Part shown: piece after piece, positions 10,901 through 20,177 of the stretch
How the letters are laid out: each line of letters starts with the position of its first letter
Position numbering within the stretch: position 1 is the stretch's first letter
Source of the DNA: Candidatus Woesearchaeota archaeon
Lineage (GTDB): Archaea; Nanobdellota; Nanobdellia; Pacearchaeales; GW2011-AR1
Assembly: GCA_964503975.1 (NCBI GenBank)
Contig: CAZDCI010000003.1
Span: 1 to 49,913 of the forward strand
Direction: 5' to 3'
Length of the DNA: 49,913 bases
The notes under the pieces: generated by a model
What the model was told of the DNA's origin: nothing
What the model saw: only the letters and a program-made list of their open reading frames with translations
The model's database searches: none
Program-made: the position numbers and the translations under genes

Positions 10901-11554
10901 ATCTCCAGAAACAAGATCTCTGGCTTTTTTATATTTACCATTTTTTAACATAAATTTATGGTTTAAAGTGCACTTTATTTCTTCACCATTATCCAAAACC
11001 ACTTTCATAATCTTTGCTTTTTTTCTAGTCAAGCGGGGGTTCTTGATTTCTGCTATCTTTATTTTTTTATCATCAACAGTGAATGTAAAATTCTTTTTTC
11101 CTTTTTTGTGTTCTTTAACTAATTCACCAAAACTCAAATTTCTTCCATCTGCCAATGCAACTTTTGTATCTTTAGTAAAGCAACCAAAATTTCCTTGTCC
11201 AAAAACAAAAGGATATCTTAAAGAAAAGTCCTGAGCCATCCTAACTAAAGCATCATAAACAGCGGTATCCCCGTGGGGATGGAACTTACCTAAAACCTCT
11301 CCGACAATTCTCGCGGATTTTTTCGTCTGACTTCCTGGTTTCAAACCAATTTGGTGCATTGCATATAAAATACGTCTCTGAACAGGCTTTAAACCATCTT
11401 CAACAGTGGGAATAGCTCTTGAAACTATAACCGACATCGCGTAATCAAGATATGCTTTTTTCATCTCTCCTGATATCTCCGTGTTGATTATGCTTTTATC
11501 TTCTTCAGGTACTTCAAGTACTTCAGGTTCTTTGGTTTTTTTCTTTGGTGTCAT
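7901..11554 (-). CDS. gyrA: DNA gyrase subunit A (intein-containing)
   Basis: [26 protein letters not shown], catalytic AAMRYTE, GyrA-box QRRGGKG. Confidence 0.97.
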   Translation of the reverse strand: MTPKKKTKEPEVLEVPEEDKSIINTEISGEMKKAYLDYAMSVIVSRAIPTVEDGLKPVQRRILYAMHQIGLKPGSQTKKSARIVGEVLGKFHPHGDTAVYDALVRMAQDFSLRYPFVFGQGNFGCFTKDTKVALADGRNLSFGELVKEHKKGKKNFTFTVDDKKIKIAEIKNPRLTRKKAKIMKVVLDNGEEIKCTLNHKFMLKNGKYKKARDLVSGDSLMPLYSKISTEKDNSNPKLVGYNMVFQPKTNSWDFVHVLSDEWNLGKDVYPKRAGRIRHHIDFNKLNNNPDNIQRMKWKEHWRTHNEFASKRHKTDKEYRRKLDEGRKKFWANPQNKKNYSKRMCERNLKNWKKSSYRKKMKKFLSEVNKEYLKNNPGVIEKRRVRASITMRRMWKDPHYKKLFNKKIVASNKRRRTNLTGRKKFIRICRYLIDNKFDLNKENYEKIRRDVFRIKSFTSWDLGVEKYFKGDKNLVLLEINSNHKVIKKEFLDESEDVYDLTIDKTHNFALASGIFVHNSIDGDPQAAMRYTEARLMPISSEIMEDIDKETVPFSSNFDNSLKEPDLLPGKLPALILNGATGIAVGMSTNIPPHNLNEVCDAIMAYIDNQDVTVKQLNKIVKGPDFPTGGYVTGDMRRLYETGRGRLTMRGKAKAEKVKKKDAVVITEIPYMLNKTTLIEQIAKIVQNKKIKNITDLRDESSKGKIRIVLELKKGTNPKFVINSLYKYTRLQDYFNVKMLALVGGEPKVLNLKDIVSEYVKYRKKIITKRTEYELKKSKDRLEIVEGLLIALKNIDKVIDYIKKSKSTSEAEGGLIKKFKLSKRQAKAVLETRLQQLTSLEQNKLKKEEKELKSSISEYEKILGSVKEVLKIIVKEVKELRKKYGDERKTEVLDKIKNISEKDMVQKKDVVITITEKGYCKRIDLNTYKEQRRGGKGVIGSNLATGDFVKQLITCSTHDYLMFFTSRGRVLWLKAYDIPEVKRYSKGKAIVNVLNLKNEKITSVISVGKFEGFLFMVTKKGQVKRISLSKFSRPRKGGIKAIKLPVSAGKEMDKLIDVQVLDNGDEVFLATKKGQAIRFSSNEVRDMGRSSYGVIGIKLGKDDEVVSLDVLKEKAILSITEKGYGKRTFVKNYRKISRGGKGVINLKVSNKTGNLVTTGSVSDDDSIIITTSKGMVIRTTLKNIRVMGRATRGVKIVKLQPGDKVTDLVKVPEAENGNG
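10004..11182 (-). mobile_element. Intein (393 aa) with HNH homing endonuclease in GyrA
   Basis: Starts CFTKDTKV after GNFG; block B CTLNHKF; ends VYDLTI..HNFAL.SGIFVHN before Ser; internal [14 protein letters not shown]. Confidence 0.95.
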
Positions 11555-11555
11555 C

Positions 11556-11876
11556 TTAAGCTACCTCCTCTTCTTTTTCATCAAGATATTTCATAAATTT
11601 ATCTTCATCAAGCTTTTCCACTTTAGGTTCTTCTCCGGTCCATCCACATTTCTTACACTCCCACTGCTTTCCTGTATTGCTCTCTTCTTCAGAATCAAGA
11701 TTGCTTAAAACTATCTTAACTCCGTCGCTATTGCATTTCGGACACCGACGAACCTTGAACGTCTTTCCTTTTTTCTTTGCTCCGCTGCTTTCGCGCCCTT
11801 TTGCTTTTTCCCAGTCCGCCTTGGAATCAAAACCTTCTTTTATCCAGTCTGGTGTTGTAAGTTTTCCCATTCTCAA
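11556..11876 (-). CDS. Small zinc-ribbon protein
   Basis: CPKC...CKKC pair; in the gyrB-gyrA operon. Confidence 0.7.
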   Translation of the reverse strand: MRMGKLTTPDWIKEGFDSKADWEKAKGRESSGAKKKGKTFKVRRCPKCNSDGVKIVLSNLDSEEESNTGKQWECKKCGWTGEEPKVEKLDEDKFMKYLDEKEEEVA

Positions 11877-12301
11877 AGTTCAGATTTTATTTTTTGTTTA
11901 ATATCATTCAATAAATCTTCTTTGATTTTAAAATCTCTTGGATAAAAAGAGTGATTTTTGCCCCAGAGTTCGTCTTTAAACATTTTCCCTTGAAATTCTA
12001 CTTCATGATTATATCTAGGAATAAAATGAACATGTAAGTGTCTTGTAATATTTCCTGCACTGTAATAATTAATTAAATTTACATCAAAAGCATTTTTAAC
12101 ACTCTCCCTCAATTTGGCCAATAATTCAAATAATTCTTTTCTTTCTTCTCTATTTGTTTCTGTTATATCTTCAATATGTCTCTTCAAAGCAATACTGCAC
12201 CTTCCAATATAATACTGGTTTGGATGTATATATACCTTCCAGTATTCAAAACTTTTAATTAAATTTTTTTCAAATGAACTATCACAAATTTTACATTTCA
12301 T
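11873..12301 (-). CDS. HIT family hydrolase
   Basis: N-terminal CKIC; HLHVHFIPRY histidine triad. Confidence 0.9.
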   Translation of the reverse strand: MKCKICDSSFEKNLIKSFEYWKVYIHPNQYYIGRCSIALKRHIEDITETNREERKELFELLAKLRESVKNAFDVNLINYYSAGNITRHLHVHFIPRYNHEVEFQGKMFKDELWGKNHSFYPRDFKIKEDLLNDIKQKIKSEL

Positions 12302-12303
12302 TT

Positions 12304-14187
12304 TTAAACGTCAAGTGTTGCCTCCTGTGAATTTTCCTGAATAAACTCTTTACGGGCCTGAACATCACTTCCCATAAGCATCGTGAAAGTCCTGTCGGCT
12401 TCAACCGCATCTTCAATGAATATTTTTTTTATTTTACGTGTTTTTGGATTCATAGTTGTTTTCCAAAGTTGCTCAGAAGACATCTCTCCTAAACCTTTAA
12501 ACCTAGTAACCTTAACTTTGTTAAATTTTTTCCGTATTTTTTCAAGCTCTTTGTCCGAGTAAACATACCTGTCTTTTTTCTTTCTCACCCTATATAAAGG
12601 AGGACGCGCAACATATACATGTCCTGTTTCTATAAGCTCAGGCATGAACCTGTAAAAAAATGTCAAAAGCAAAGTCTTGATGTGTTCACCGTCAACATCA
12701 GCATCAGTCATAATTACAATTTTATTATATCTTAGTTTATCTAAGTTAAATGTCTCTCCCACTCCCGTGCCTACAGCAGTTATTATATTTGCTATCTCAT
12801 CATTAGATAAAGCTTTCACAGGACTTGATTTTTCCACATTAAGGATTTTACCCTTAATCGGCAAGATTGCTTGTGTTTCTTTATTCCGCGCCATCTTGCT
12901 CGAACCGCCCGCGCTTTCTCCTTCCACGATATAAAGCTCAGTCTTCTCGGATTTTTTGCTTGAGCAATCAGCAAGTTTTCCCGGCAAACCACCAAGAGCA
13001 AAAGCGTTTTTTCTCCTAACCAAGTCTTTTGCTTTTTTAGCAGCCAAGCGAGCTTTCGCAGAATCAATTGTCTTTGAACTGACTCTTCTTGCAACCGACG
13101 GGTTCTCTTCAAAATATTCTCCTAAAGACTGTGTAACAATAGAATCAACAAACCCCTTCATTTCACTATTTCCAAGCTTTGTTTTCGTTTGTCCTTCAAA
13201 CTGGGGATCTTTCATCTTTATGTTTATAACTGCAGTAAGTCCTTCTCTAACATCATTCCCGTGCAAAGAGCCTTTTTTAAGCAAGTTTTTCTTTTTAACA
13301 TAGTCATTAACAACCCTCGTTAGGGCTGACTTGAAACCTGAGACATGGGTTCCTCCTTCAACCGTGTTAATTGTATTTACAAAACCGAAAATGTTTGTCT
13401 TATAACTTTTTGAATATTGGATTGCAACTTCAATAATCGTTTCCCCCTGAACTTTTTTGAAATAAATAGGTTTTCCATGAAGCGTGTCTTTAGATTTGTT
13501 GAGCCACTTTACAAATTCTATCAAACCCCCTGACGCAAAAAATTCTTTCTTCTTCTTTTTATCTTCATCAACCAAAAGAATCTTCAGCCCTGCATTCAAA
13601 AAAACTATTTCCCTAAAACGCGTCTGAAGAACACGGGAATCAAATTTCAAGGTAGAAAAAACTTCTTCATCAGGCCAAAACGTTATCTTTGTCCCCGTTT
13701 CTTTTGTTTTTCCTACGGTTTTCAAAGCAGTCTTTTTTTTACCTTTAGAATACTCTTGCTTGTAAACTTTCCCATCACGTTTAACTTCAACTATGAATTT
13801 TTTTGAAAGAGCGTTAACAACACTGATTCCGACTCCGTGTAAACCTCCTGAAATAGCGTAAGATTTTTTATCGAATTTTCCTCCCGCATGGAGTTTAGTT
13901 AAAGCGACTTCAATCGCAGGCAAATTTGAGGACGGATGCTTATCTACTGGTATTCCTCTCCCATCATCTTCCACTGTAACCGAACCGTCTTTGTTAATTC
14001 TTACGAGGATTTTTTTACAATACCCTGCAAGAGCTTCATCCACAGCGTTATCAACTACCTCATAAATCATATGGTGCAATCCGTCTTTTCCTGTTCCACC
14101 TACATACATAGCCGGACGCTTCCGGACACCTTCCAAACCTTCAAGAACTTGGATATCTTTTCCTGTATATTGTGATTTTTTCGCCAT
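12304..14187 (-). CDS. gyrB: DNA gyrase subunit B
   Basis: VRKRPAMY, EVVDNAVDE, SGGLHGVG, VEGESAGG, MTDADVDG, RFKGLGEM. Confidence 0.97.
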   Translation of the reverse strand: MAKKSQYTGKDIQVLEGLEGVRKRPAMYVGGTGKDGLHHMIYEVVDNAVDEALAGYCKKILVRINKDGSVTVEDDGRGIPVDKHPSSNLPAIEVALTKLHAGGKFDKKSYAISGGLHGVGISVVNALSKKFIVEVKRDGKVYKQEYSKGKKKTALKTVGKTKETGTKITFWPDEEVFSTLKFDSRVLQTRFREIVFLNAGLKILLVDEDKKKKKEFFASGGLIEFVKWLNKSKDTLHGKPIYFKKVQGETIIEVAIQYSKSYKTNIFGFVNTINTVEGGTHVSGFKSALTRVVNDYVKKKNLLKKGSLHGNDVREGLTAVINIKMKDPQFEGQTKTKLGNSEMKGFVDSIVTQSLGEYFEENPSVARRVSSKTIDSAKARLAAKKAKDLVRRKNAFALGGLPGKLADCSSKKSEKTELYIVEGESAGGSSKMARNKETQAILPIKGKILNVEKSSPVKALSNDEIANIITAVGTGVGETFNLDKLRYNKIVIMTDADVDGEHIKTLLLTFFYRFMPELIETGHVYVARPPLYRVRKKKDRYVYSDKELEKIRKKFNKVKVTRFKGLGEMSSEQLWKTTMNPKTRKIKKIFIEDAVEADRTFTMLMGSDVQARKEFIQENSQEATLDV

Positions 14188-14381
14188 TTTTTACTTAAAA
14201 TTCTCCTTATTAACTTCCAAAGAATTTTCTTAATTTACCTTCAAAAAAAGGGCTCTGAGTTTATAAACCTTTCTCCCTAAAAATGCGTTTTACCGACGAG
14301 AAAATGAAATTTTGATTAAATTCTCAGACAAAAAGAAAACTTAATAAATAAATTTAAAAGTGCGTGAAATTAGGTTAAAAT

Positions 14382-14666
14382 ATGGGTAAAATACTGTTCA
14401 TTTTAGGAATATTGGTTTTGCTTTTAGTGGGAGCTTTACTCTTAATAGATGCTCAAACAAATACTGATGATTTTGGAGAAAAAATGAGCCTTCCATACAC
14501 CCATTCAAGCACAAAAGCAGTCTGCGATGACAAAAATCTTTGTATGGATTATGAAATTTATTGCAAAAACGAAAATCCTGTGAGGATTCGTTTTACTGGA
14601 GCTGCAGTTCAGTTTCCTTCTTCATGGAAAGATTCAAGAAGTGAAAAAGAGAAAGAGTTGTGTTGA
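14382..14666 (+). CDS. Small secreted or membrane-anchored hypothetical protein
   Basis: Hydrophobic N-terminus; four Cys; TKAVC...C.DYEI.C. Confidence 0.65.
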   Translation: MGKILFILGILVLLLVGALLLIDAQTNTDDFGEKMSLPYTHSSTKAVCDDKNLCMDYEIYCKNENPVRIRFTGAAVQFPSSWKDSRSEKEKELC

Positions 14667-14669
14667 AAA

Positions 14670-14969
14670 TCAACCAAGCCTTCCAACAAGAAGTGAGTAT
14701 TCAAAACTCCCTGAATTCTCACCGTTTGAACTATATCTTGACCTAACTCTGACCTCGTAAGGACCTAAGTCTTCAATAAGTCTCCTCACCTCTTTTCTGT
14801 GTCTGCTAAGACCTGTAGGAAAAGGGATGTCTGTACTGGAAGAATTTTTCAGGCCTTCTTCAATCTTAGGCAAAAAATACTCAACTGTTTTTCTCTCCAA
14901 ACCTTCATCAAAAACACTGGAATAAGAATTCTTAACTCTTCCTTCATCAGTACCCGCCGAAGCTTCCAT
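14670..14969 (-). CDS. Hypothetical protein
   Basis: 99-aa ORF with a TATA box at the usual spacing. Confidence 0.55.
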   Translation of the reverse strand: MEASAGTDEGRVKNSYSSVFDEGLERKTVEYFLPKIEEGLKNSSSTDIPFPTGLSRHRKEVRRLIEDLGPYEVRVRSRYSSNGENSGSFEYSLLVGRLG

Positions 14970-15022
14970 GCATAAAGAAAAAAGTTTTCTTTTATAAAAA
15001 TTGCGGCAATAAAAAATACGTT

Positions 15023-15190
15023 TTACTCAGATTTTTTCTTTTTTGAAATCCAGCGCACTTTTCTGCGCTTCATCTTCATGTTCTTCCTGCATTTTGAAGA
15101 ACACAAATGCTTAACGTTTCCATCGTTTTGAACTATAGTTAAACCTTTAGGGAAGTCATACTCGTCTCCGCAATAACTGCATTTAGGCAT
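15023..15190 (-). CDS. rpl24e: 50S ribosomal protein L24e (missing from the ORF track)
   Basis: Manual translation MPKCSYCGDEYDFPKGLTIVQNDGNVKHLCSSKCRKNMKMKRRKVRWISKKKKSE; synteny with rps28e and rpl7ae. Confidence 0.92.
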   Translation of the reverse strand: MPKCSYCGDEYDFPKGLTIVQNDGNVKHLCSSKCRKNMKMKRRKVRWISKKKKSE

Positions 15191-15191
15191 T

Positions 15192-15401
15192 TCAAGACCC
15201 TCCTTTGTTATATCTTATACGATAATTGTTATGACCAATACTCTCCATCAAACACACGTGGCATCCAGAATCAATAACAGTCTGTCTTATCTGTCCAAGA
15301 ACCTCATCAGGTTCTCCATATTTAATCTGAAAAACAATCTCTTTGTCATCAAGACTCTCAATCTCATCCTTATCAAGTATCTTTAAAAGTTTCTCTCTCA
15401 T
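15192..15401 (-). CDS. Hypothetical protein inside the ribosomal protein operon
   Basis: 69 aa, packed with 1-nt gaps between rps28e and rpl24e. Confidence 0.6.
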   Translation of the reverse strand: MREKLLKILDKDEIESLDDKEIVFQIKYGEPDEVLGQIRQTVIDSGCHVCLMESIGHNNYRIRYNKGGS

Positions 15402-15402
15402 T

Positions 15403-15693
15403 TCAAGTATACGCTCCTTTTGTTACTTTGCTCCTGATTCTTCGCGCCTCAATTTCAGTTTCGCGCAACATAAGATAATCTCCTTCACGAACGGGACCTT
15501 TAACATTTCTCCTCATAACCCTGTCTTTGTCTCTTCCCTCAGTAATAAGACACTTAACCTGGGTAATTTCTCCTCTGAACCCGGTTCTTCCGACTATTTC
15601 CTGGACAAGTGCAGCAGCACCTTCTCCGATGATTTTATCACTGCCTTTACTTCCTTGCTGTTGTTTTTGTTTTTTCTTTTGTTGTTTAGCCAT
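15403..15693 (-). CDS. rps28e: 30S ribosomal protein S28e with a Lys/Gln-rich N-terminal extension
   Basis: [34 protein letters not shown]. Confidence 0.95.
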   Translation of the reverse strand: MAKQQKKKQKQQQGSKGSDKIIGEGAAALVQEIVGRTGFRGEITQVKCLITEGRDKDRVMRRNVKGPVREGDYLMLRETEIEARRIRSKVTKGAYT

Positions 15694-15699
15694 TTTTAA

Positions 15700-16005
15700 T
15701 TATGATTTTAAAGAATTAATATCTTTTTCAGCATCTCCTGTTTCAATAACTGCAACACTTGAAGCTGCCACAGGAATTCCTACTGCAATACCAAGCTTTT
15801 GTTTGTTGTCTACCTCTTTGCAAAGAATCTTCTTCTCTTTGCAAAGCAAAGGCAAGTGCTGAACTATCTCTTTAGGCTCAACGTCGCCAGCATAAACAAC
15901 AAGCTTAGCTGTGCCGCGCTCTATAGCTTTTGTAACTTCGTTTGTGCCTTTTTCTACTTTCCCTGTTTTGCGTGCTTTTTCAACAAGTGTGTATACGTCT
16001 GTCAT
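15700..16005 (-). CDS. rpl7ae: 50S ribosomal protein L7Ae
   Basis: [28 protein letters not shown]. Confidence 0.96.
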   Translation of the reverse strand: MTDVYTLVEKARKTGKVEKGTNEVTKAIERGTAKLVVYAGDVEPKEIVQHLPLLCKEKKILCKEVDNKQKLGIAVGIPVAASSVAVIETGDAEKDINSLKS

Positions 16006-16072
16006 CTTATCTTATCTTGTACTATCTGTTTATTAAACCCCTTAGAACAAACAAATCACAACATTCACCGTG

Positions 16073-16107
16073 CCTCGCGACGCGTATGCGTAATCGCCGT
16101 TCATCGG
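16073..16107 (-). promoter_or_regulatory. Putative kink-turn in the rpl7ae 5' leader (autoregulation)
   Basis: CC-GAU-GA...GCGA/UCGC-GA-GG in a GC-rich ~100-nt leader downstream of TTTATAAA (16131-16138). Confidence 0.5.
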
Positions 16108-16165
16108 ATATTTTATTGAGAAAAATTCGGTTTATAAAGATTTCTGTAAAGAGAAATCTTTCTGC

Positions 16166-17155
16166 TCACTTCCACACAACATCCACGTCATCAGTCCTTT
16201 GACGGGGTTTGATGTCAAACTTTTCTAACTCGTCGTGAGAAATTTTTATTCCTTCCTTTAACATAATTTCTCCAAGAAAAGCTATCATTCCTGCGTTATC
16301 AACTAATAAAGAACTATCAGGACAGAAAAACTTCGCGCCCCTTTCCCTGCACATAATCTTACACATTTCCTGTAAGCGTTTATTACACGCAACGCCCCCT
16401 CCTAAAAGCAACTCGGTTTTTCCTGTATGTGCCAAAGCACGTTCCGAAACTTCAACGAGCATCGCAAATACGGTTTCCTGAAGAGAGTAAGATAAATCTT
16501 CAAGAGCATACTTCTCAGATTTCAGTTTTTGCTTCAGGTTTGTCTGGATTCCGCTCAAAGCGATATCCATTCCTTTAACGCTGTAAGGCAACCCAATATA
16601 TTTTTTGCCCTTCAGAGCCAGCTTCTCTATTTTAGGACCGCCAGGAAAACCCAACCCAGCATCGCGTGCAAAAGTATCTATGAAGTTCCCAATTCCCACA
16701 TCAAGGGTTTCTCCAAACACACGATACTTTCCTGAAGCGTAAGCAATTACCTGTGTGTTCGCCCCGGAAGCATAAAGCATCACAGGATTTTTCGCGCCTG
16801 TCACTCTTCCAATTTCAAGATGTGCTATGCAATGATTTACCGGAACTATCGGAACTTTAAGTTTTTTGGAAAGGGTCTTTGAGAATTTCATCCCTTCAAT
16901 CAAACACGGCGCAAGTCCCGGACCCTGAGAAACTGCAACAGCATCTATCTCAGATTCAAGAACCCCTGATTTTTCTAAAGCTTCATCATAAACTTTTTGG
17001 CTTACTTCACGATGATGTTTTGCCGCTTCCATAGGTATAATGCCGCCTTTTTCCGTCGTATACACATCTCTAACATTTGAAATGACTTTCCCGTTTGACA
17101 CAACTGCAACCGAAAAAGTGTGCGCGGTTGATTCAATTCCTAATATGTTTGCCAT
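16166..17155 (-). CDS. kae1: tRNA N6-adenosine threonylcarbamoyltransferase Kae1
   Basis: LGIESTAHT, GPGLAPCL, NHCIAHLEIG, SGANTQ, GGVACN, DNAGMIA. Confidence 0.96.
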   Translation of the reverse strand: MANILGIESTAHTFSVAVVSNGKVISNVRDVYTTEKGGIIPMEAAKHHREVSQKVYDEALEKSGVLESEIDAVAVSQGPGLAPCLIEGMKFSKTLSKKLKVPIVPVNHCIAHLEIGRVTGAKNPVMLYASGANTQVIAYASGKYRVFGETLDVGIGNFIDTFARDAGLGFPGGPKIEKLALKGKKYIGLPYSVKGMDIALSGIQTNLKQKLKSEKYALEDLSYSLQETVFAMLVEVSERALAHTGKTELLLGGGVACNKRLQEMCKIMCRERGAKFFCPDSSLLVDNAGMIAFLGEIMLKEGIKISHDELEKFDIKPRQRTDDVDVVWK

Positions 17156-17193
17156 AAAAAACCTAATCCAAAGAGATTTTTAAAATTACTCAA

Positions 17194-17571
17194 ATGGGTA
17201 AAGTATATATTTTACCTAATCTAATGTTAGACATGCCTAAAAAAGAAGATAGTCTTTCAGATTGCATGGTTAGATTTGTTTTTAGAAAACCCAAACAAAG
17301 AGATAGTTTAACCGCAAGATTAAAGATAATCAAATCTAAAAAGAGGAGGATAAAGAGAAATTTTGATGAACTTCCTGAGAGGGTAAATATAGAGAATATG
17401 GCCCCTTACAAAAGCTTCCAGGGTTACTATGTGGTGACTGTTGATAGAAGATTAAAAGACGTATACTACAACAGATTCAGTAGGGAAGACATTCCTAAAG
17501 AAATAAGCATAATTTTAGAAACCCTTCTTCAAGAAACATATGCTGAATTTACAGAAAAAATTGAAAAATAA
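17194..17571 (+). CDS. Hypothetical protein
   Basis: 125-aa basic ORF divergent from kae1. Confidence 0.55.
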   Translation: MGKVYILPNLMLDMPKKEDSLSDCMVRFVFRKPKQRDSLTARLKIIKSKKRRIKRNFDELPERVNIENMAPYKSFQGYYVVTVDRRLKDVYYNRFSREDIPKEISIILETLLQETYAEFTEKIEK

Positions 17572-17597
17572 AATTACAAAATTAAAAAATAAAAACT

Positions 17598-17615
17598 AAG
17601 GAGATTTATCTCCTT
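17598..17615. terminator. Hairpin between convergent genes
   Basis: AAGGAGAT-TT-ATCTCCTT perfect stem flanked by A/T runs. Confidence 0.45.
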
Positions 17616-17764
17616 TTCTTTTTGCGCGTTGTCTTTTTCTTGGCTTTCTTTTTCTTCTTTCCGCCCCGAGCCATTTTAGCCTCGCAGACATTACCTTTAC
17701 CGTCTACATAATAAAGGTACCCTGGCTTCCTTTTAACAACTTTTTTAGCAATAACTTTTCCCAT
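17606..17764 (-). CDS. Small basic Cc1-like chromatin/DNA-binding protein (missing from the ORF track)
   Basis: MGKVIAKKVVKRKPGYLYYVDGKGNVCEAKMARGGKKKKK...; GGAGGT Shine-Dalgarno upstream. Confidence 0.8.
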   Translation of the reverse strand: MGKVIAKKVVKRKPGYLYYVDGKGNVCEAKMARGGKKKKKAKKKTTRKKKRR

Positions 17765-17821
17765 ATTATACCTCCTTTTAAACTAATACTAAAAACAGGC
17801 TTAATTAATATATAAACCTTT

Positions 17822-18151
17822 CTAATCACCGACGAGAAGTTTAATTATTTTCTTGTTATACTTATTTGCAGGAATTTCTACAAGTTTTGAAAAAGATTTT
17901 TTTGGGGAAACTGCCAAGGTAAAAGATCTGATTTTCCTTACTTCTATAATTTTATTATTTTTATCAAGCCAGACAGCAACGAAAGGAAAGAAAACAAAAA
18001 GTGAAGTAATGCTTAGCTCTGTAGGTTTTTCAAACTCAAACAAAAGAGACTTTGTATTCTTTGTTTTAAACATTAAACCCATTCCATAAATTTTTGCTTT
18101 TTTTACATCTAAAGAAAAAGTTTTATCTTTATGTTTAAACTTTATCTTCAT
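17822..18151 (-). CDS. DUF192 family protein
   Basis: GLMF, LLFEF, FVFFPF.AVWLD, LVEIP. Confidence 0.8.
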   Translation of the reverse strand: MKIKFKHKDKTFSLDVKKAKIYGMGLMFKTKNTKSLLFEFEKPTELSITSLFVFFPFVAVWLDKNNKIIEVRKIRSFTLAVSPKKSFSKLVEIPANKYNKKIIKLLVGD

Positions 18152-18602
18152 TTTTTACCTCTTTTAAAAAATCCAGATTAAATTTTGATTTTCTTTTCAA
18201 ACCCTTTAAGTTCAATAAATCCTGTTTTTCTGCTTCTCTTTTTTTCTTTTTATAATTCACAAAATTTTTATTGACGTTTTTATCACAAACATGGTCGTGA
18301 TGCCTGAAACCTCCTCCAAAACTCTTGGGAATGTGCATCAACTCGTGAATTATTGTCTTAATTTGCTCTTCCCGACTAAGCTTGTCAAACCTTTCAGAGA
18401 TAAACTCTAAACCGTAATATGTTTTTACACCGATAGTTTCCTGCATCAGCTTCCCTATTGTATGGCATCTTGCGATGGTTCCTCTTGCTTTAGAGCCATA
18501 GCTCCTAAAGCATTTTACACGGTTCATCTTTACATGGGGAAACAGCATCGCAGATATTTCCTCGGCAATTTCCTGTATTTCTTCAGCATATTCATATCTC
18601 AT
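18135..18602 (-). CDS. Predicted metallopeptidase
   Basis: RSYGSK, IARC, HELMHIP..FGGG.RHH (HEXXH). Confidence 0.85.
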   Translation of the reverse strand: MRYEYAEEIQEIAEEISAMLFPHVKMNRVKCFRSYGSKARGTIARCHTIGKLMQETIGVKTYYGLEFISERFDKLSREEQIKTIIHELMHIPKSFGGGFRHHDHVCDKNVNKNFVNYKKKKREAEKQDLLNLKGLKRKSKFNLDFLKEVKNEDKV

Positions 18603-18615
18603 TTTAAAATGGGGG

Positions 18616-18697
18616 CGCCCACGCCGGGAATCGAACCCGAAAGTCTGCTAGGACCTCGCTCTTAAGGCGAGCGCATTACCATTAATGCTACTGGGGC
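18616..18697 (-). tRNA. tRNA-Leu (UAA), atypical acceptor stem
   Basis: Cloverleaf with anticodon arm CTCGC-CTTAAGA-GCGAG, long variable arm, GGGTTCGATTCCC T-arm. Confidence 0.8.
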
Positions 18698-18788
18698 AAA
18701 CCTCCATGAACTATTACAGCAAAAATATTTATATACTTAATGTCCCTCTTAAAAGTAATACTGCTAGGGCGTTGCCATTAATGCTATA

Positions 18789-19409
18789 TCATTTTTCCAA
18801 AACACTTAAAGTAAAAAGAATGTCTTCAGTCACTTTTTCTATAGGCTGCTCCCCATTTATTTTATGTGCAGGATACTCTCTTAAGATAGGCTCCGTCTTT
18901 TCATGATACCATTTAAGCCTTTGTTTGATGGCTTTCTCATAATCATCCTTTCTTTGAAAAAGCTCAACACCACACTCATCACAAGTGTCTTTTTTCTCAG
19001 GCCTTGGACTTTTTTTAATATTATAGATTTTTCCGCATATAGGACAATTTCTCCTTCCGCTTAACCTCTCTAAAGCTTCTTTATCTGAAATATAAATCTC
19101 CAAAATCAAATCTATGTCTGTTAAATCATATAAAGTTTTTGCCTGTTTTAAATTTCTTGGATATCCGTCAAGGATGAAACCCTTCTTAGCATCACCTTTA
19201 GAAAGTCTTTGTTTTAATATTTCCAGAATCATTTCATCCGGAACCAGGTTTCCTTTATTTATGTAAGAATCTATTTCCTCTTTCAGTTTTCCTTTTGCAT
19301 TTCTGACCAAGTCTCCTGTTGAAATATGCGGAATTCCCAGCCTTTTAGATACAATTTTTGCCTGCGTTCCTTTACCGCTTCCCTGAGGACCTATAAAAAT
19401 TATTCTCAT
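18789..19409 (-). CDS. adk: Adenylate kinase (bacterial type with Zn-lid)
   Basis: GPQGSGKGTQ, HISTGD, ILDGYPR, CPIC...CDEC, QRKDD. Confidence 0.95.
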   Translation of the reverse strand: MRIIFIGPQGSGKGTQAKIVSKRLGIPHISTGDLVRNAKGKLKEEIDSYINKGNLVPDEMILEILKQRLSKGDAKKGFILDGYPRNLKQAKTLYDLTDIDLILEIYISDKEALERLSGRRNCPICGKIYNIKKSPRPEKKDTCDECGVELFQRKDDYEKAIKQRLKWYHEKTEPILREYPAHKINGEQPIEKVTEDILFTLSVLEK

Positions 19410-19678
19410 TTTTTGTAAACCTTATTATGATGCTGAAAGTCATCAAATTTTATTTCGTTTTTGTTCTTATCAAATTGGAAAACCAGAACAAAACTTCCTA
19501 CATGGGCTCGTTTTGAATCTTTCATGTTATATCTTAAATTTTTATAATGCTCAACATTTGTGGAATTTATAATCTCCTCAATCTTTTTCAGCACACGTTC
19601 ATACAGCTGGTTGTTTTTCTTTGAGATTTTTTTTAACTTTCTTTTCAATTCTTCAGAATAAGAATAAATGTAAGTCAT
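19406..19678 (-). CDS. RelE/ParE family toxin
   Basis: HYKNL, R.HVGSFVLVF, HH..VY; ATGA overlap with the antitoxin. Confidence 0.85.
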   Translation of the reverse strand: MTYIYSYSEELKRKLKKISKKNNQLYERVLKKIEEIINSTNVEHYKNLRYNMKDSKRAHVGSFVLVFQFDKNKNEIKFDDFQHHNKVYKK

Positions 19679-19920
19679 TCAATTAACCTTATGCTTTCTC
19701 TTAAATCGTCAACAGAATTAAATTTAGTGTATTTACCTTTTCTTATTTTTTCTAGTTTGCTCAAATACTCTGGCCTTAATTCTGGCTCTAAAAAACTTTC
19801 CTCATAAATCTTGGCAAGTAGTTCTACAGCTTCAGACTTGTTGCTTAGTCCAAATTTGGCTTTCACTATGTTCAAAATCCTGTCTGCATTTTCCCCAAGA
19901 TTGATTATATTCTGAACCAT
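19675..19920 (-). CDS. Antitoxin (DUF2683-like)
   Basis: RILNIVKAKFGL.NKSEA, EPELRPEY. Confidence 0.8.
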   Translation of the reverse strand: MVQNIINLGENADRILNIVKAKFGLSNKSEAVELLAKIYEESFLEPELRPEYLSKLEKIRKGKYTKFNSVDDLRESIRLIE

Positions 19921-19930
19921 TTTATTATTT

Positions 19931-19951
19931 TTTATTATATTGTATAATAAA
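19931..19951. promoter_or_regulatory. Palindromic operator of the toxin-antitoxin operon
   Basis: TTTATTATA-TTG-TATAATAAA perfect inverted repeat 10 nt upstream of the antitoxin start. Confidence 0.55.
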
Positions 19952-19960
19952 TCATTATAT

Positions 19961-20176
19961 TTAAACTTTTCTACTTATCTCCACAATTTTTTTCTTCCCT
20001 GTTAAGCCCGACGTGATTTCTACGCGCTTTCCAAAATACTCTTCCAAAACTTTCAAAAGTTCAATGTTCGCCTTATTATCTATCGGTTTAGATTTAAGAT
20101 AAACAATATATTCGCTATCTTTTTTCTCCACCTTTTGTTTCCCTGAATTTGGTTTTACTTTTACATGAATTTTCAT
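19961..20176 (-). CDS. DUF167 (YggU/UPF0235) protein
   Basis: VKVKPNS, P.DNKANIEL, I.SG.T..KK. Confidence 0.88.
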   Translation of the reverse strand: MKIHVKVKPNSGKQKVEKKDSEYIVYLKSKPIDNKANIELLKVLEEYFGKRVEITSGLTGKKKIVEISRKV

Positions 20177-20177
20177 T

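Noticed and set aside
8394-14175. Many plus-strand ORFs opposite gyrA and gyrB, and similar short ORFs opposite other genes
   Set aside because: Antisense shadows of well-supported genes with no motifs of their own.
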